DNA from: Dipteris shenzhenensis
Taxonomy: Eukaryota
NCBI GenBank assembly: GCA_047967505.1
Contig: CM106538.1
Strand: one strand, 5' to 3'
DNA length: 64,000 nt
Shown: positions 1 to 13,740 of the stretch, piece by piece
Layout of the letters: each line of letters begins with the position of its first letter
Numbering within the stretch: the first letter of the stretch is position 1
The notes under the pieces: model-generated
Databases searched by the model: none
What the model saw: the letters and a program-made list of their open reading frames with translations, nothing else
What the model was told of the DNA's origin: nothing
Position numbers and translations under genes: made by a program

Positions 1-1290
1 TGGCAATTGATCATTAAGCACGTGGAGTTGGAATATCTCTTGCTCTTCAACATCCAGTTCTGCTTTGGTGTTTATAAGTATCTCCCTGGATGCCATGCAT
101 TCCTTCTCTAGTGCTTGAATTTGATGTTTACCTTCTTTGAGGCTGTTTTGCAACTCATTGTTTATGTCTATTGTGGCATGGATTTGATCCTCTTTAAGTA
201 GTAATCTTTCATTTAAGTGCACCATTTCCTTGTTGAGATCATCACCACAAGTAGCTTGCATTTGGCAGAGGGATAAATCAACCTCTTCTTTTCTATTCAA
301 GGCATCAAATAGTTGTAGGTGTTTTTCTTGGAGAGAAACCGTGGCTTGTAGGGCATCCTTTCTTAGGGCATCCTTTCTACTTTTTGCTCGAGCATTTTGT
401 GCAAGGAGCTGTTGCTGCATTTGTTATGCCATGCTTTCCTTGAGCTTATGAATTTCAGTCTTGGCACTTTGCAACTTGGTTTGGAGTGATGGTAGCATCT
501 ACCTTTCCATTTCTCTTTCTTACTCATCTAACGCCATGGTAGTAATTAATTGTGACCATTGTTGTAACTATTGACTGTGATAATGTATGATCTAGAATGT
601 GCTATGGCCTTTCTTGTATTGGACATATAGTTGAATCCCATGTGCCCATGTGGAATTTTGATATATTCCTTGAACAACGGTCTATTGTATGTTGCCACTA
701 GAGACATTTGGGGGTTGTGACTCTAGAGTCGTGGAGTTGTCAATGTTGGTGACTTGTGATTCTTGAAGAGTCATGCTATTTGGCTCACTTGCAAGGTCAT
801 TATGTGGCATTGTCTCCTCTTGGATTTCCACACTCGAGTCCTTTTGTTGCGGTAGCAATACTGAACTAAGTTGCAGGATTCTTCAGCAAAGTTTCACATT
901 GTCATCCTCTGGAATTTGTTCAAATTGCCACAAATCCATGTTCTCTGCATTGAGAGTAGGTGGTGGCTCTAATTCCCATTCTTGTGATAATATCAATGTT
1001 TCAAAGTCCTCTATATCTTGTGTTGAGAGAGGTGTAGAGTCTTCCTCTTGCTCTATTGCAAACCCAATTATAATGGCCAAAAGATGGCCAATGTAGCTTT
1101 TGCCATTATGTGTAGTGGATACATAATTGGTTAGCAGCAAGGATATGTGTTGAGCCCAGTCTTGTAGTTTTGCTCCATAAAGGAGTGTAAGAGTTTTTAC
1201 TGACATATATTTTTTTCTCACTCCTTTATGATTGAAAATGTCAGCCAAAAACTTACCTGCCTCTTTGCATATGGGATCCAAAATCATATC
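1..1290 (-). pseudogene. Decayed ORF of unknown function, probably a transposon accessory gene with a coiled-coil C-terminal part
   Basis: ORF 883-1287 (KTLTLLYGAKLQDWAQHI...) continues on the minus strand through stops and frameshifts into E/Q/K/L-rich helical sequence towards base 1. No family recognised with certainty. Confidence 0.3.
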
Positions 1291-2121
1291 ATGGCGTATT
1301 CCCCGGCTTTGTGACTTTGTGTTAGGTGGGAATTTCCTGAATCTCAGAGAATCTCAAACAACACATAACGTTCAGTATTGTAAATCCTTCAAATCTAACA
1401 CTGGCAAAAAATAACTCTAACATGGAACAAGTGGTAGAATGATTTCAGGTCGATGGTATACTTTGGAGATGGTATCTCTATGCTGACGGTATGCCAATAT
1501 GTAAGGCAACCCATGCACATATACTTTCAATAAATTACGCTCTTCACTCTTATGCTCCAATGAAATGCAAAAGATGTGCGTAAGCGATAAGATGGCAGAA
1601 AGCACAACGATCCAAGACAATAGATGTGCAAAGTGAAAAAGGTGCTCCAATGAAATGCAAAAGACGTGTGTAGGCAAAAAGATAACAGAAAACAAATATC
1701 ATTTCGCTAAGTTGTTGAAAGAGTCATGTATGAGCAACTTACGAGCCCTTGTAGTTTTGGTGCTTGCATTCTCTTTATCAATGAGCTCCACATCTCAAAA
1801 ATTCCACTAACTTGTTTCCAATAAATGTAGCCTCGATTTTTTGATCTACAAACTCTAGCCAAGTGCCATTACCGTGAGCTCTATAAGGCAGCTCATAATG
1901 CTATTTGTGCTCTACGGCTTGCTCCAAATTCTAATTGCTAGTACTGTTGCCAAACTATCAGGTGAATCAAAACATAAGGTGCATATCACATAGCAACCAA
2001 CAAGCATTCGTAACCAGGACCCCTATCAGTATATTGACTTGCCCTCATCATATCATTTGGCACTAGTCAAAGGTGTGCTCATTTGCAGCCTACAAAGAGA
2101 TGCGCCTCCATTCTAACATAA

Positions 2122-5100
2122 GACGGCTTCAAATAGAGTTGGCACACCACCACCTAGGCTACATGCAAGTGCGGGAAGGCATCCCTTGACTGACCGCACT
2201 GAGGGTAGATGGAGCATTTCCCGAGGCAGCCCACTCTCGAGCTGCGGGGCCCGTTTAGAGCCTCAGATGATCTCGGATGGCTCTGGGCCGAACGGAGACC
2301 GTAGGTTAGTTGCAATTGAGGCTAACCGACTACGACTGATGGCTATATAAGAGCAAGCCCATGAAGCCCATTTCATCACCGGCTACAGCAACCCTGATTC
2401 CTTACATCTAGCCTCCGTCTTCTACTATTTCCAGCATGCCATCGAAGCTTCTTTCACAGGAGCGCACGGTTGGGAGGCAACGCCATCTATTGTATCAATT
2501 CTACAGTAATCAAATTTTTGATTCTCCATACTATATTGTTTTCTCTCTTGCGTACGAGATTCTATTATCTGTTGAGCACAGACGTTGTATTATTTTCTTA
2601 CATGGTATCAGAGCTTGGACTCTAGCAAGAAGATTTGGTAGTGTGTTTCTGTTTGCGAGCAGATTGTGAGAGATGGCCCAGCCCGCAAGATTGCGAATCC
2701 CACCGTTCGGCGAAAGTGGAAAGTTGGACGGCTCTAACTATCCACTCTGGAAGTTCAAGATGAAGACCATCCTAAGTGCATACGAGCTTTAGGACACTAC
2801 TACTGGGGTGGACGTGAGGCCGGTTGTGAGACCGGATCCAGCAAATGTAGGACAATAGATAGTACCAACTGCGGATGAGATTCTCTCATGGACAAGAAGA
2901 AATGGAGATGTGCTGTGTTCTATTGTCTGCAGTGTAAGTGATTTCGTCATGGCGTTAATTCAACATGTCACCGCAGCGGAGGAGGCATGGACAGTCTTGA
3001 AAAATTAGTACGACACCACAAATCAGACGCAGATTTAGAATTAGGAGACTCAACTCATGAACGAGAAGTTGTCTGAGTCTGAAGTGGCAGAGAAGTTCAC
3101 CACCAAGGTGAAGAATCTGTGCAATCAGATGACTGCGATTGGCATCACCATCACTAGCGAGAATCTAGCACGAAGGTGCATGTGGATTCTCCCACCAAAG
3201 TACGACGATCTTATTATGGCACTGAATACACAGAGAACAGAAATCTGCCCCTCCACTTTGAGGATTTCAGCATGATGCTTCTCGAGGAGGAGATGCGTCA
3301 AAATAAGAGGACTGGAGAAGATTCGGCTTTCTGGACCAGATCAAAGAAAGGTAAGGGTAAGGACTCTGGTAACCCATCTTCTTCTGATGATAAAAAGAGA
3401 AAGAAGAAGATCAAGTGCTTCTATTGCAACAAGGCAGGGCACAAGCAGAATGAGTGCTGAAAGAAGATTGCAGATGAGAAGAACGGAGTAAAGAAAGAGT
3501 CCAGCAATAGTGAGTAGGCAGTACCAGTAGAGCTGTTCGTCGCAATTGAGGAGATTTGCATGGAGGCAGTTCATGTACTTGCAAATGAACTGTGGATCAT
3601 TGAAAGTGGTGCATCGCACCACATGACCAGTCAGAAGGATTGGTATACCTCTCTACAGCCGGTAGGGAATGACATCCTGGTAGCAGTCGGCAATGATGTA
3701 AAATTCCAGCAAAAGGAAAAGTTACGATTGCTCTCAAGTCAAATGGAGTTGTAAAACAGTTGTCCGACGTTCTTTATGTGCCAGATATCAAGAGGAACTT
3801 GTTGTTTGTTTCCGCGATCATGGATCGGGACCTCAAAGTTCAATTCGATAAGAATGGTGCACAAATTCTGGATCTTCAAGGGAAGGTCGTTGGTAAAGTT
3901 ACACGGTGCAACAACATTTACAAACTCTCAGCTTTCAGTGCTCGAGCGGATGTGAAGAACACTAAGCTATGGCATGAGAGGTTTGGTCATCTAAACCTTA
4001 GTTCTTTGAAGGAGATGCATAAAAGTGGAATGATTGCAGACCTACTAGAAATTTCAGATTTGCTCGATGTATGTGAAGCTTGCATGATGGGCAAGCAGCA
4101 TCGGCATCCCTTTCCTAAAGAGGCCAGCAGGGCAAAGGCTCCTCTAGAGCTCGTTCACACGGATCTCTGCGAAAAGATGGAGACAGAAGCTTTGGGTGGT
4201 TCCTACTACTTCATGACGCTAATCGATGACTACAGTAGAAGGATATGGATATACTTCCTGAAGACTAAAGACGAGGCTTTTAGTAGGTTCAAGGAATGGC
4301 ATGTAATGGTCGAGAAAGAAACGGGGAGGAAAGTGAAGAAGTTGAGATAAGACAAAGGTGGAGAGTTCACATCAACTGAATTCGAAAGTTATTGCAAAAG
4401 TCATGGAATTAAGAGGCAGAAACCCCCGCCACATACATCACAACAAAATCGAGTGTAGCAGAACGCAAGATGCACGTCATTTACGAAATGGGCTGGAGTA
4501 TGATGAAAGGGAAAGATTTGCAAAATTCCTGTGCGAAAGCATGTAACACTACAATTTACATCCTGAATCATAGCTACACAAAGGCTGTGAACGGAATCAC
4601 TCCACTGCAAGCCTTTTCTAGTAAGAAACCTTCAACTGCACATTTCAGAGTTTTTGGATGTGACTGTTTTGTGTATGTCCGTGATGCTACCAGGACCAAA
4701 TGGGAACCGAAGAGCCAGAAGTGTATTTTCTTGGGCTACAGTGAAGAGGCGAAGGGTTACCATGTCTATAACCCTATTACCAAGAAGGTAATTGTAAGAC
4801 GTGATGTGTCCTTCTCAGAACAACCGCATCAATTGGACGAGGATGCTTCCTTCCCAGACAACCAGGACCAGGATATCCATCCAGTACCGCCACCAGTAGC
4901 AGACCGAACTCCCCCAACGGTGCTTGGGAGGATTCAAGACAAAGAAGATGAAGAAGAGCCTGCAGAACCACAATGGCAACGGCCATTCCTGAAGTGGGTA
5001 AAGCAGCTTTTGAACGGCAGAGAACCTCCAGCCATTGAGGAGGAACCATCCGAACACCGCCGGTCCAAGAGATTAGAGGAGCAAAGAGGGACGCAAGAAC

Positions 5101-7386
5101 ACTTGGTCAACTATGCTTTGTTGATAGAAGTGATCCGTGCTTATGAACCCAAGTGTCTTGAAGAGGCACAGGGCGATGATAGGTGGATGGAGGCTATGCA
5201 GTCGGAGTATGGCTCCATAATGAAGAACAACACTTGGGACCTTGTGGATCGACCACCAAAACGCAAGGTAATCAGAACCAAGTGGGTGTACAAGACCAAG
5301 TACAAGTCTCAGCTCGTGGCAAAAGGATTTGCATAGGTACATGGTTTTGATTATCAAGATACTTTTTCTCCCACAGCTCGACTAACCATAATTCATAGTG
5401 TTTTGGCTTTAGCTACCCAGGGAAGTTGGCCCGTGTTTCAGATGGATGTGAAATCCACCTTCTGAATCGAGATCTCAAGGAGGAGGTATACGTGGAACAA
5501 CCACCAGGTTTTGAGATCCCCGATTCAGAAGGTAAAGTCTGCAAACTGAAGAAGTCACTTTACAGGCTGAAACAGGCCCCACGAGCATGGTACCAGTGAA
5601 TTGATGCCTACTTTCTGTAAAACGGGAGCCCATCTGATGCAAATTTGTATATCTTTAGAGAAGAAGACAAGTGTATGATCATGGTCCTTTATGTGGACGA
5701 CCTTGTCATAACAGGGAACCATGAAGAGATCTTGCAGACGAAGCATTTGTTACGAAGAGAGTTTGAAATGATAGACCTCAGACTTATGCATTTCTGTTTT
5801 GGGATTGAAATTTGGCAAGAGCCGAAACAGATCTTCATTTCACAGCTGAAGTATGCTGGAGAGATACTGAAGGCATTTGGCATGGCTGAGTGCAAGACAG
5901 TTGGTACCCCTATGGAGGTTGATGCGAAGCTCTCAAACGAGGATTCATCACCACTGGTGGACGAAGTGAAGTACAGAAGGCTTGTGGGCAGCTTGATTTA
6001 CCTATGCAACACACGGTCGGACATCAGTTTTGCGACTGGTGTACTAAGCAGGTTTTCCAATAAGCCTCGGGAGAACCATTGGAGGGCAGGGATGCAGGTG
6101 CTGAAATACATCAAAGGCAAACTTGATTATGGCGTCACCTATACCAAGGGCAACATCTTGACTGGATTCTGTGACTCGGATTGGGCAGGAGATGTGGACA
6201 GCAAGAGATCAGTGACAGGGTATTGTTTCTCACTTAGATCTGGAGTTGTGTCATGGGTCAGCAAGAAGCAACCCATAGTTGCTCTTTCTTCTACTAAGGC
6301 CGAGTACAAATCTGCATGCTTTGCTTCTTGCGAGGCAGTGTGGTTGAGGAGGATTTTGGGGGACATGGGTGTAGTGCAGAACAAGCCTATGCACTTATCA
6401 TGTGACAATCAGAGTTGCATGGCGATTGCAAAGAACCCGGTGTTCCACGCTCGCACAAAACACATTGAGATTCAATATCACTTTGTACGTGAGCTCATCA
6501 TGGATGGAGAGGTCGACTTGGTGTACTGTCCGACTACAGAGAATGCTGCGGACATCTTCACGAAGGCTCTTGGAAGAGACTTGCTAGAGAGGCATCTTCA
6601 TCGACTTGGCATTGGGCCGAAAAAGTAAGTTCACTTGCGGGTGGACATTGAGGGGGGTTGCTAGATATCAATGCTCCACTCTCATGTAACTACGTGGGAA
6701 CCAGCTAATTCTACTTGTAAGCCCCCCATATGAGGAGAAGGCATTTGAGTGGCTCGGTTATCCGGTAGATCCTGGTTTGGACACCAGATGGGGGCCATGT
6801 GTGGCCTGATGGCTGGATGGCTTCAGATAGAGTTGGCACACTGCCAACTAGGCTACATGCAAGTGTGGGAAGGCATCCCTTGACTGACTGCACTGAGGGT
6901 AGACGGAGCATTTCCCGAGGCAGCCCACTCTCAGGTTGCGGGGCCCGTTTAGAGCCTCAGATGGATGGGGCTCTGGGCCGAATGGAAACTGTAGGTGAGT
7001 TGCTCTGTTTTGCGCACCGGTTCTATCGTATGGTCGGTGGCCTATTTTGGGATGGACCCCCAGTCGACCGTTTTGGGTGGATTGGGTCGGTCACCCAATT
7101 GAGCCTGACCGACTACGACTGGTGGCTATATAAGAGCAAGCCCGTGAAGCCCATTTCATCACTGGCTATAGCAACCCTGATTCCTTAGCATCCAGCCTCC
7201 GTCTTCTACTATTTCTAGCATGCCATCGAAGCTTCTTTCATAGGAGTGCACGGTTGGGAGGCAGCGCCATCTATTGTATCAGTTCTACAGTAATCAAATT
7301 TTTGATTCTCCATACTATCTTGTTTTCTCTCTTGCGTACGAGATCCTGTTATCTGTTGAGCACAGACGTTGTATTATTTTCTTACA
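2122..7386 (+). mobile_element. Ty1/copia LTR retrotransposon, copy 1 (decayed, 5' LTR truncated)
   Basis: Partial 5' LTR ~2122-2602 ending CA; tRNA-iMet PBS TGGTATCAGAGC 2603-2614; PPT GAGGGGGG 6650-6657; 3' LTR 6659-7386 (TG...CA). Domain order gag-PR-IN-RT-RNaseH. Confidence 0.95.
2673..6628 (+). pseudogene. copia gag-pol polyprotein, disrupted
   Basis: Zinc knuckle CFYCNKAGHKQNEC, protease-like WIIESGAS, integrase LWHERFGH/LELVHTDL, RT LYVDDL, RNase H DSDWAG and ADIFTK; many stops and frameshifts. Confidence 0.93.
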
Positions 7387-7811
7387 AAAACCTATGTGAA
7401 AGTAAACTAATTAGGGATAGCATGAATAGGGAGTCGTATCTATTAGGAAGGGATTAACTAAAACATAATAATAAAACAAGGAAATAAAGAAAGTGTAATT
7501 ATACAAGGAAGATGAACCAAATAGAGAGGGAAAATAGAGCGGGGAAAATTAGAGCATATAGAGAGGGAAAATAGAGCATATGAAAATTATTTTAAAATAA
7601 TTTTGAGAATTATTACAAAATAAGTTAAGAAATTTGAATACGCAAGAGGGTTAATGAAGAGTGAGAGGAGAAATTGTTTAAGATGAGGGGGTTGAAACAA
7701 ATAAGAGAGAATGGGGATTTAAGGGAAGGGGGGGCTTAGAATAGATGAAAGAAGGCAACCTGTACATCCATGGTTAGCACTGGGGCGGGCGGCTCAGAGG
7801 TAGAGAGGCGG

Positions 7812-10800
7812 TCGGGTTGCGAGGCCACGGTTCTATCATGTGGTCAGTGGCCTATTTCGGGACCGACCTCCAGTCGGCCATTTTGGGCGGACTAGGTCGG
7901 TCACCCAATTGGGTCTAACTGACTACGACTGGTGGCTATATAAGAGCAACCCCGTGAAGCCCATAATCATCACTGGCTTTAGCAACCCTGATTCCTTAGC
8001 ATCCAGCCTCCGTCCTCTACTGTTTCCAGCACGCCATCGAAGCTTCTCACACAGGAGCGCACGGCTGGGAGGCAATGCCATCTATTGTATCAGTTTTATA
8101 GTAATCAAATTTTTTATTTTCCATCCTATCTGCTTTTCTCTCTTGCATACGAGATCCTGTTATCTATTGAGCACAGATGTTGTATTGTTTTCTTACATGG
8201 TATCAAAGCTTTGGACTCTAGCAAGAAGATTTGGTAGTGTGTTTCTGTTTGCGAGCAAATTGTGAGAGATGGCCCAGCCCGCAAGACTGCGAATCCCACC
8301 GTTCGGCGAAAGCGAAAAGTTGGACGGCACTAACTATCCACTCTAGAAGTTCAATATGAAGACTATCCTAAGCGCATACGAGCTTTGGGATACTGCTACT
8401 AGGGTGGACATGAAGCCGGTTGCGAGATCGAATCCAACCAATGCAGCACAACAGATAGTACCAACTGCGGATGAGATTCTCGCATGGATAAGAAGAAATG
8501 CAGATGCGCTGTGTTCTATTATCTGCAGTGTAAGTGATTCTGTCATGGCGTTAATTCAACATGTCACCACAATGGAGGAGGCATGGACGATCTTGAAAAA
8601 TCAGTATGAGACCACGAATAATGCGTGGATTCAGAATCTGGAGACTCAATTCATGAATGAGAAACTATCTGAGTCTGAAACAGCAGAGAAGTTCATCACC
8701 AGGGTGAAGAATATGCGCGATCAGATGACTGCAATTGGCATCACCATCACTAGCGAGAATCTAGCACGAAGGTGCATACGGATTCTCCCACAAAGTACGA
8801 CGGTCTTGTTACAGCGCTGAATACACAGAACATAAATCCGCCCCTCAACTTTGAGGATTTCAGTGCAATGCTTCTGGAGGAGGAGATGCGTCAAAAGACG
8901 AGGACTTGAGAAGATTCGGCTTTCTATGTTGGATCAAAGAAAGGTAAGGGTAAGGACTCTAGTAACCCATCTTCTTCTGATAAAAAAAAGAGAAAGAAGA
9001 AGATCAAGTGCTTCTATTGCAACAAGGCAAGGCACAAGCAGAATGAGTGTCAGAAGAAGATTGCAGATGAGAAGAATGGACTAAAGAAAGAGTCCAGCAA
9101 CAGCGTGCAAGTAGTACCAGTAGAGCTGTTCATAGCAATTGAGGAGATTTGCACGGAGCTAGTTCATGTACCTACGAATGAACCTTGGATTATTGACAGT
9201 GGTGCATCATGCCACAAGACCAGTCGAAAGGATTAGTATACCTCTCTACATTCGATAGGGAATGACATCCTAGTAGTAGTCGACAATGATGCAAAATGTC
9301 TAGCAAAAGGAAAAGGTACGATTGCTCTCAAGTCAGATGGAGTTGTAAAACAGTTGTCCAATGTTCTTTATGTGCCAGATATCAAGAGGAACTTGTTGTC
9401 CATTTCTGCGATGACGGATCGGGACCTCAAAGTTCACTTCGATAAGAATGGCACATAGATTTTGGATCTTCAAGGGAAGGTCATTGGTAAAGGTACACGG
9501 CGCAACAACATCTACAAACTCTCAACTTTCAGTGCTCGAGCCGATGTGAGAACACTAAGCTGTGTCATGAGAGGTTTGGTCATCTAAACCTTAGTTCTTT
9601 AAAGGATGTGCATAAAAGTGGAATGATTGTAGACCTACCAGAAATTACAGATCTGCCCGATGTATGTGAAGCTTGCATGATGGGCAAGCAGCATCGGCAG
9701 CCCTTTCCTAAAGAGGCCAGCAAGGAAAATGCTCCTCTAGAGCTCGTTCACACGGACCTTTGTGGAAAGATGGAGATGGAAGCTTTGGGTGGTTCTTCCT
9801 ACTTTATGATGCTAATCGACGACTACAGTAGAAGGATATGGATATACTTCCTAAAGACTAAAGATGAGGCTTTTAGTAAGTTCAAAGAATGGCATGCAAT
9901 GGTCGAGAAAGAAACAGGGAGGAAGGTGAAGAAGCTTAGATCAGACAGCAAGTGAATTCGAAAGTTACTGTAAAAGTCACGGGATCAAGAGGCAGAAACC
10001 CCCGCCACATACACCACAGCAAAATGGAGTAGCAGAGTGCAAGATGCGCATCATCTACGAAAATGGGCAGGAGTATGATGAAAGGGAAAGATTTGCCAAA
10101 GACTTTCTGGGCTAAAGCATGTAACATAGCAGTTTACATTCTGAATCGGAGCTACACGAAGGCTGTGAATGGGATGACTCCACTACAGGCCTTTTCTGGT
10201 AAGAAACCTTCACCTGCACATTTCAGAGTTTTTGGATGTGACTGTTTTGTGCATGTCCCTGATGCTAACAGGACCAAATGGGAACCGAAGAGCTGGAAGT
10301 GTATTTTCTTGGGCTACAGTGAAGAGGCGAAGGGTTCCCATCTCTATAATCCTGTTACCAAGAAGGTAATAGTAAGTCGCGATGTGGTCTTCTCAGAACA
10401 GCCGCATCAAGTGGAGGAGGACGCTTCCTTCCCAGACAACTAGGACCAGGATATCCATCTAGTACAACCACCAACAGTAGACTGAACTCCCCCAACGATG
10501 CTTGGGAGGATTCAAGATAAAGAAGAGGAAGAAGAGCCTGCAGAACCACAACAGCAATAGCCATTCCCGAAGTGGGTAAAGCAGCTTTTGGATGGCAGAG
10601 AACCTCCAGTCATTGAGGAGGAACCATTCGAACACCGCCGGTCCAAGAGATTAGAGGAGCAAAGAAGGGGGCAGGAACACTTAGTCAACTACGCTTTGAT
10701 GACAGAGGTGATCCTGCTGAGGAACCCAAGTGTCTGAAGAGGCACAGGGTGATGATAGGTGGGTGGAGGCTATGCAGTCGGAGTATGTCTCCATAATGAA

Positions 10801-13061
10801 GAACAACACTTGGGACCTTGTGGATCGACCACCAAAACGCAAGGTAATTGGCACCAAGTGGGTGTACAAGACCAAGTACAAGTCTGACGGCACATTGGAT
10901 AAGTACAAGGCTCATCGGCTCGTGGCAAAAGGATTCGCACAGGTACATGGTTTTGATTATCAGGATACTTTTGCTTCCACAGCTCTTGACTAACCACAAT
11001 TTGCAATGTTTTGGCTTTAACAGCATAGGAAAGTTGGCCCGTGTTTCAGATGGATGTAAAATCTGCCTTTTTGAATGGAGATCTCAAGGAGGAGGTATAC
11101 GTGGAACAACCACCAGGTCTTGTGATCCCCGATTCAGAAGGTAAAGTCTGTAAACTAAAGAAGGCACTTTACGTGCTGAAACAGGCCCCACGAGGATGGT
11201 ACCAGCAGATTGATGCCTACTTTCTGCAAAATGGCAGGTTTAGGAGGAGCCCATCTGATGCAAATTTGTATATCTACAGAGAAGGAGGCAGGTGTATGAT
11301 CATGGTCCTTTATGTGGACGACCTTGTCATAACAGGGAACCATGAAGAAAAGATCTCACAAACAAAGCAGTTGCTAGGAAGAGAGTTTGAAATGACAGAC
11401 CTCGGACTGATGCATTCTTGTTTGGGGATTAAAGTTTGGTAAGAGCCAAAACAGATGTTCATCTCACAGCTGAAGTATGCTGGAAAGATACTGAAGGCAT
11501 TTGGCATGGCTGAGTGCAAGACAGTTGGCACCCCTATGGAGGTTGACGTGAAGCTCTCAAACGAGGATTGATCACCACTGGTGGACGAAGCGAAGTACAG
11601 AAGGCTTGTGGGCAGCTTGATTTACTTGTGCAACACATGGCCAGACATCAACTGATGTACTAAGTAGGTTTTCCAATAAGCCCCGAGAGAACCATTGGAG
11701 GGCACGGATGTGGGTGCTGAAATCCATCAAAGGCACACTTGATTATGGCATCACCTATACCAAGGGCAACATCTTGACCGGATTCTATGACTCAGATTGG
11801 GCAGGAGACGTGGACAACAAGAGATCAGTGACATGTTACTATTTCTTACTTGGATCTGGAGCTGTGTCATGGGTCAGCAAGAAGCAACCTATAGTTGCTC
11901 TTTCTTCTACTGAGGCTAAGTACAAATCAGCATGTTTTGCTTCTTGTGAGGCAGTGTGGTTGAGGAGGATTTTAGGGGACATGGGTGCAATGCAAAACAA
12001 GCCTACGCAGTTATCATGTGATAATCAGAGTTGCATGGTGATTGCAAAGAACCCTGTGTTCCATGCTCACACAAAACACATTGAGATTCAATATCACTTT
12101 GTACGCGAGCTCATCATGGATGGAGAGGTCGACTTGGTGTATTGTCCGACTACAGAGAATGATGCGGACATCTTCACGAAGGCTCTTGGAAGAGACTTGC
12201 TGGAGAGGCATCTTCATCGACTTGGCATTGGGCTGAAAAATTAAGTTCACTTGCGGGTGGACATTGAGGGGGGGTATTAAATATCAATGCTCCACTCTGG
12301 TGTAACTACGCAGGAACCAGCTAACTCTACTTGTAAGCCCCCCATTGAAAAAGAAGAGAAGGAAGAGGGGAAAAGAGAAGGAAAAGAGAGAGGGGAAAAG
12401 AAGAAAAGAGAGGAAAAAAGGGAGGGGAAAAAGAGACAAAGCATATGCAAATGTGAGGAAAAAAGAGAGGGGAAAAAGAGCATATGCTCGAGCGCATTTG
12501 AGTAGCTCGGTTATCTAGTAGGTCCTAGTTTGGACACCAGATGGGGGCCATGTGTGTCCTAATGGCTTCAAATAGAGTTGGCACACTGCCAACTAGGCTA
12601 CATGCAAGTGCGGGAAGGCATCCCATGACTGACCGCACTGAGGGTAGATGGAGCATTTCCCGGGGCAGCCCACTCTCGGGTTGCGGGGCCATGGATCTAT
12701 CATGTGGTCGGTGGTCTATTTCGGGACCGACCTCCAGTCGGCCATTTTGGGTGGACTGGGTCAGTCACCCAATTGGGTCTAACCGACTACGACTGGTGGC
12801 TATATAAGAGCAAGCCCGTGAAGCCCATAATCATCACTGGCTACAGCAACCCTAATTCCTTAGCATCCAACCTCCGTCCTCTACTGTTTCTAGCATGCCA
12901 TCAAAGCTTCTCACACAGGAGTGCACATCTAAGAGGTAGCACCATCTATTGTATCAATTTTACAGTAATCAAATTTTTGATTCTCCATGCTATCTGCTTT
13001 TCTCTCTTGCATACGAGTTCTTGTTATCTGTTGAGCACAGACGTTGTATTGTTTTCTTACA
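7812..13061 (+). mobile_element. Ty1/copia LTR retrotransposon, copy 2 (same family as copy 1)
   Basis: Partial 5' LTR ~7812-8197; PBS TGGTATCAAAGC 8198-8209; PPT ~12266-12274; 3' LTR 12275-13061 ending CA, with a purine-rich insertion at ~12347-12490. Confidence 0.95.
8269..12244 (+). pseudogene. copia gag-pol polyprotein, disrupted
   Basis: ORF fragments colinear with copy 1 (LELVHTDLCG, FQMDVKSAFLNG, LYVDDL, DSDWAG, ADIFTK), with different inactivating lesions. Confidence 0.93.
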
Positions 13062-13535
13062 AAGGTAGCTTAGAAAAAATTAATTTAACCACTCTAATAC
13101 TAGGAAAATGTAGTTTAGATAGAATTAACCATTAATACTAGGAACCGGTAATTTAGAAAAAATGAGAAGTGGGGTGTTTTAAAAAAAGTAGAAGAAAAGA
13201 AATAAGCAAAATAGGGAAAATATTAAAGAACACTAGGATAATAAACAAGAAAAGAAAATTTAATAAGGTACATTAAGAAAAATTATTAAAGGAAATAAAA
13301 AATTAGTAGATAAGGATGTAGAGTAAAAAATAAGAAAAAACCCAGTAAAATTAGAGCATATAAAAATTGTAAGAAAATTAGTAGAAAATTTTCAGAAAAG
13401 CCATTGATAAAGGATAAAAAGGAAAAAGGAACGAAAAAATAACAAGGGAAAAGGAAAAAGAAAAAAAGAAAGAAAGGAAAAAATTGAGGTAGGTAAAATT
13501 TTTGAAAACATAGATTTAATTATTAAGAAAAAATT

Positions 13536-13648
13536 GGAGATAAAGTGCTAGCAATAGGGAAAATAAATAAGGACAATTAGGGAAAACAGAGAGACGTAGG
13601 GGAAATCAAAAATTAAAGAGAATTTAAGGAATATATAAGAAAAAACAG

Positions 13649-13693
<45 letters not shown>

Positions 13694-13740
13694 GAGGCCA
13701 GGGCCTAAACCAAAAGAGAGGAAGGTGTAGGAAGTGTGTG
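13536..13740. repeat. ~200-bp purine-rich dispersed direct repeat with (GA)n, copy A
   Basis: GGAGATAAAGTG...CCAAAAGAGAGGAAGGTGTAGGAAGTGTGTG recurs at 15172-15360. Confidence 0.85.

Noticed and set aside
2603-2614. TGGTATCAGAGC as a tRNA gene (eight similar sites in the window)
   Set aside because: These are 12-nt primer-binding sites complementary to the tRNA-iMet 3' end, with no cloverleaf.
6711-8265. ORFs of 66-141 aa within copia LTRs (similar ones at 12541-13135 and 40694-41215)
   Set aside because: They lie in LTR sequence, frames are not kept between LTR copies, and no protein motifs are present.
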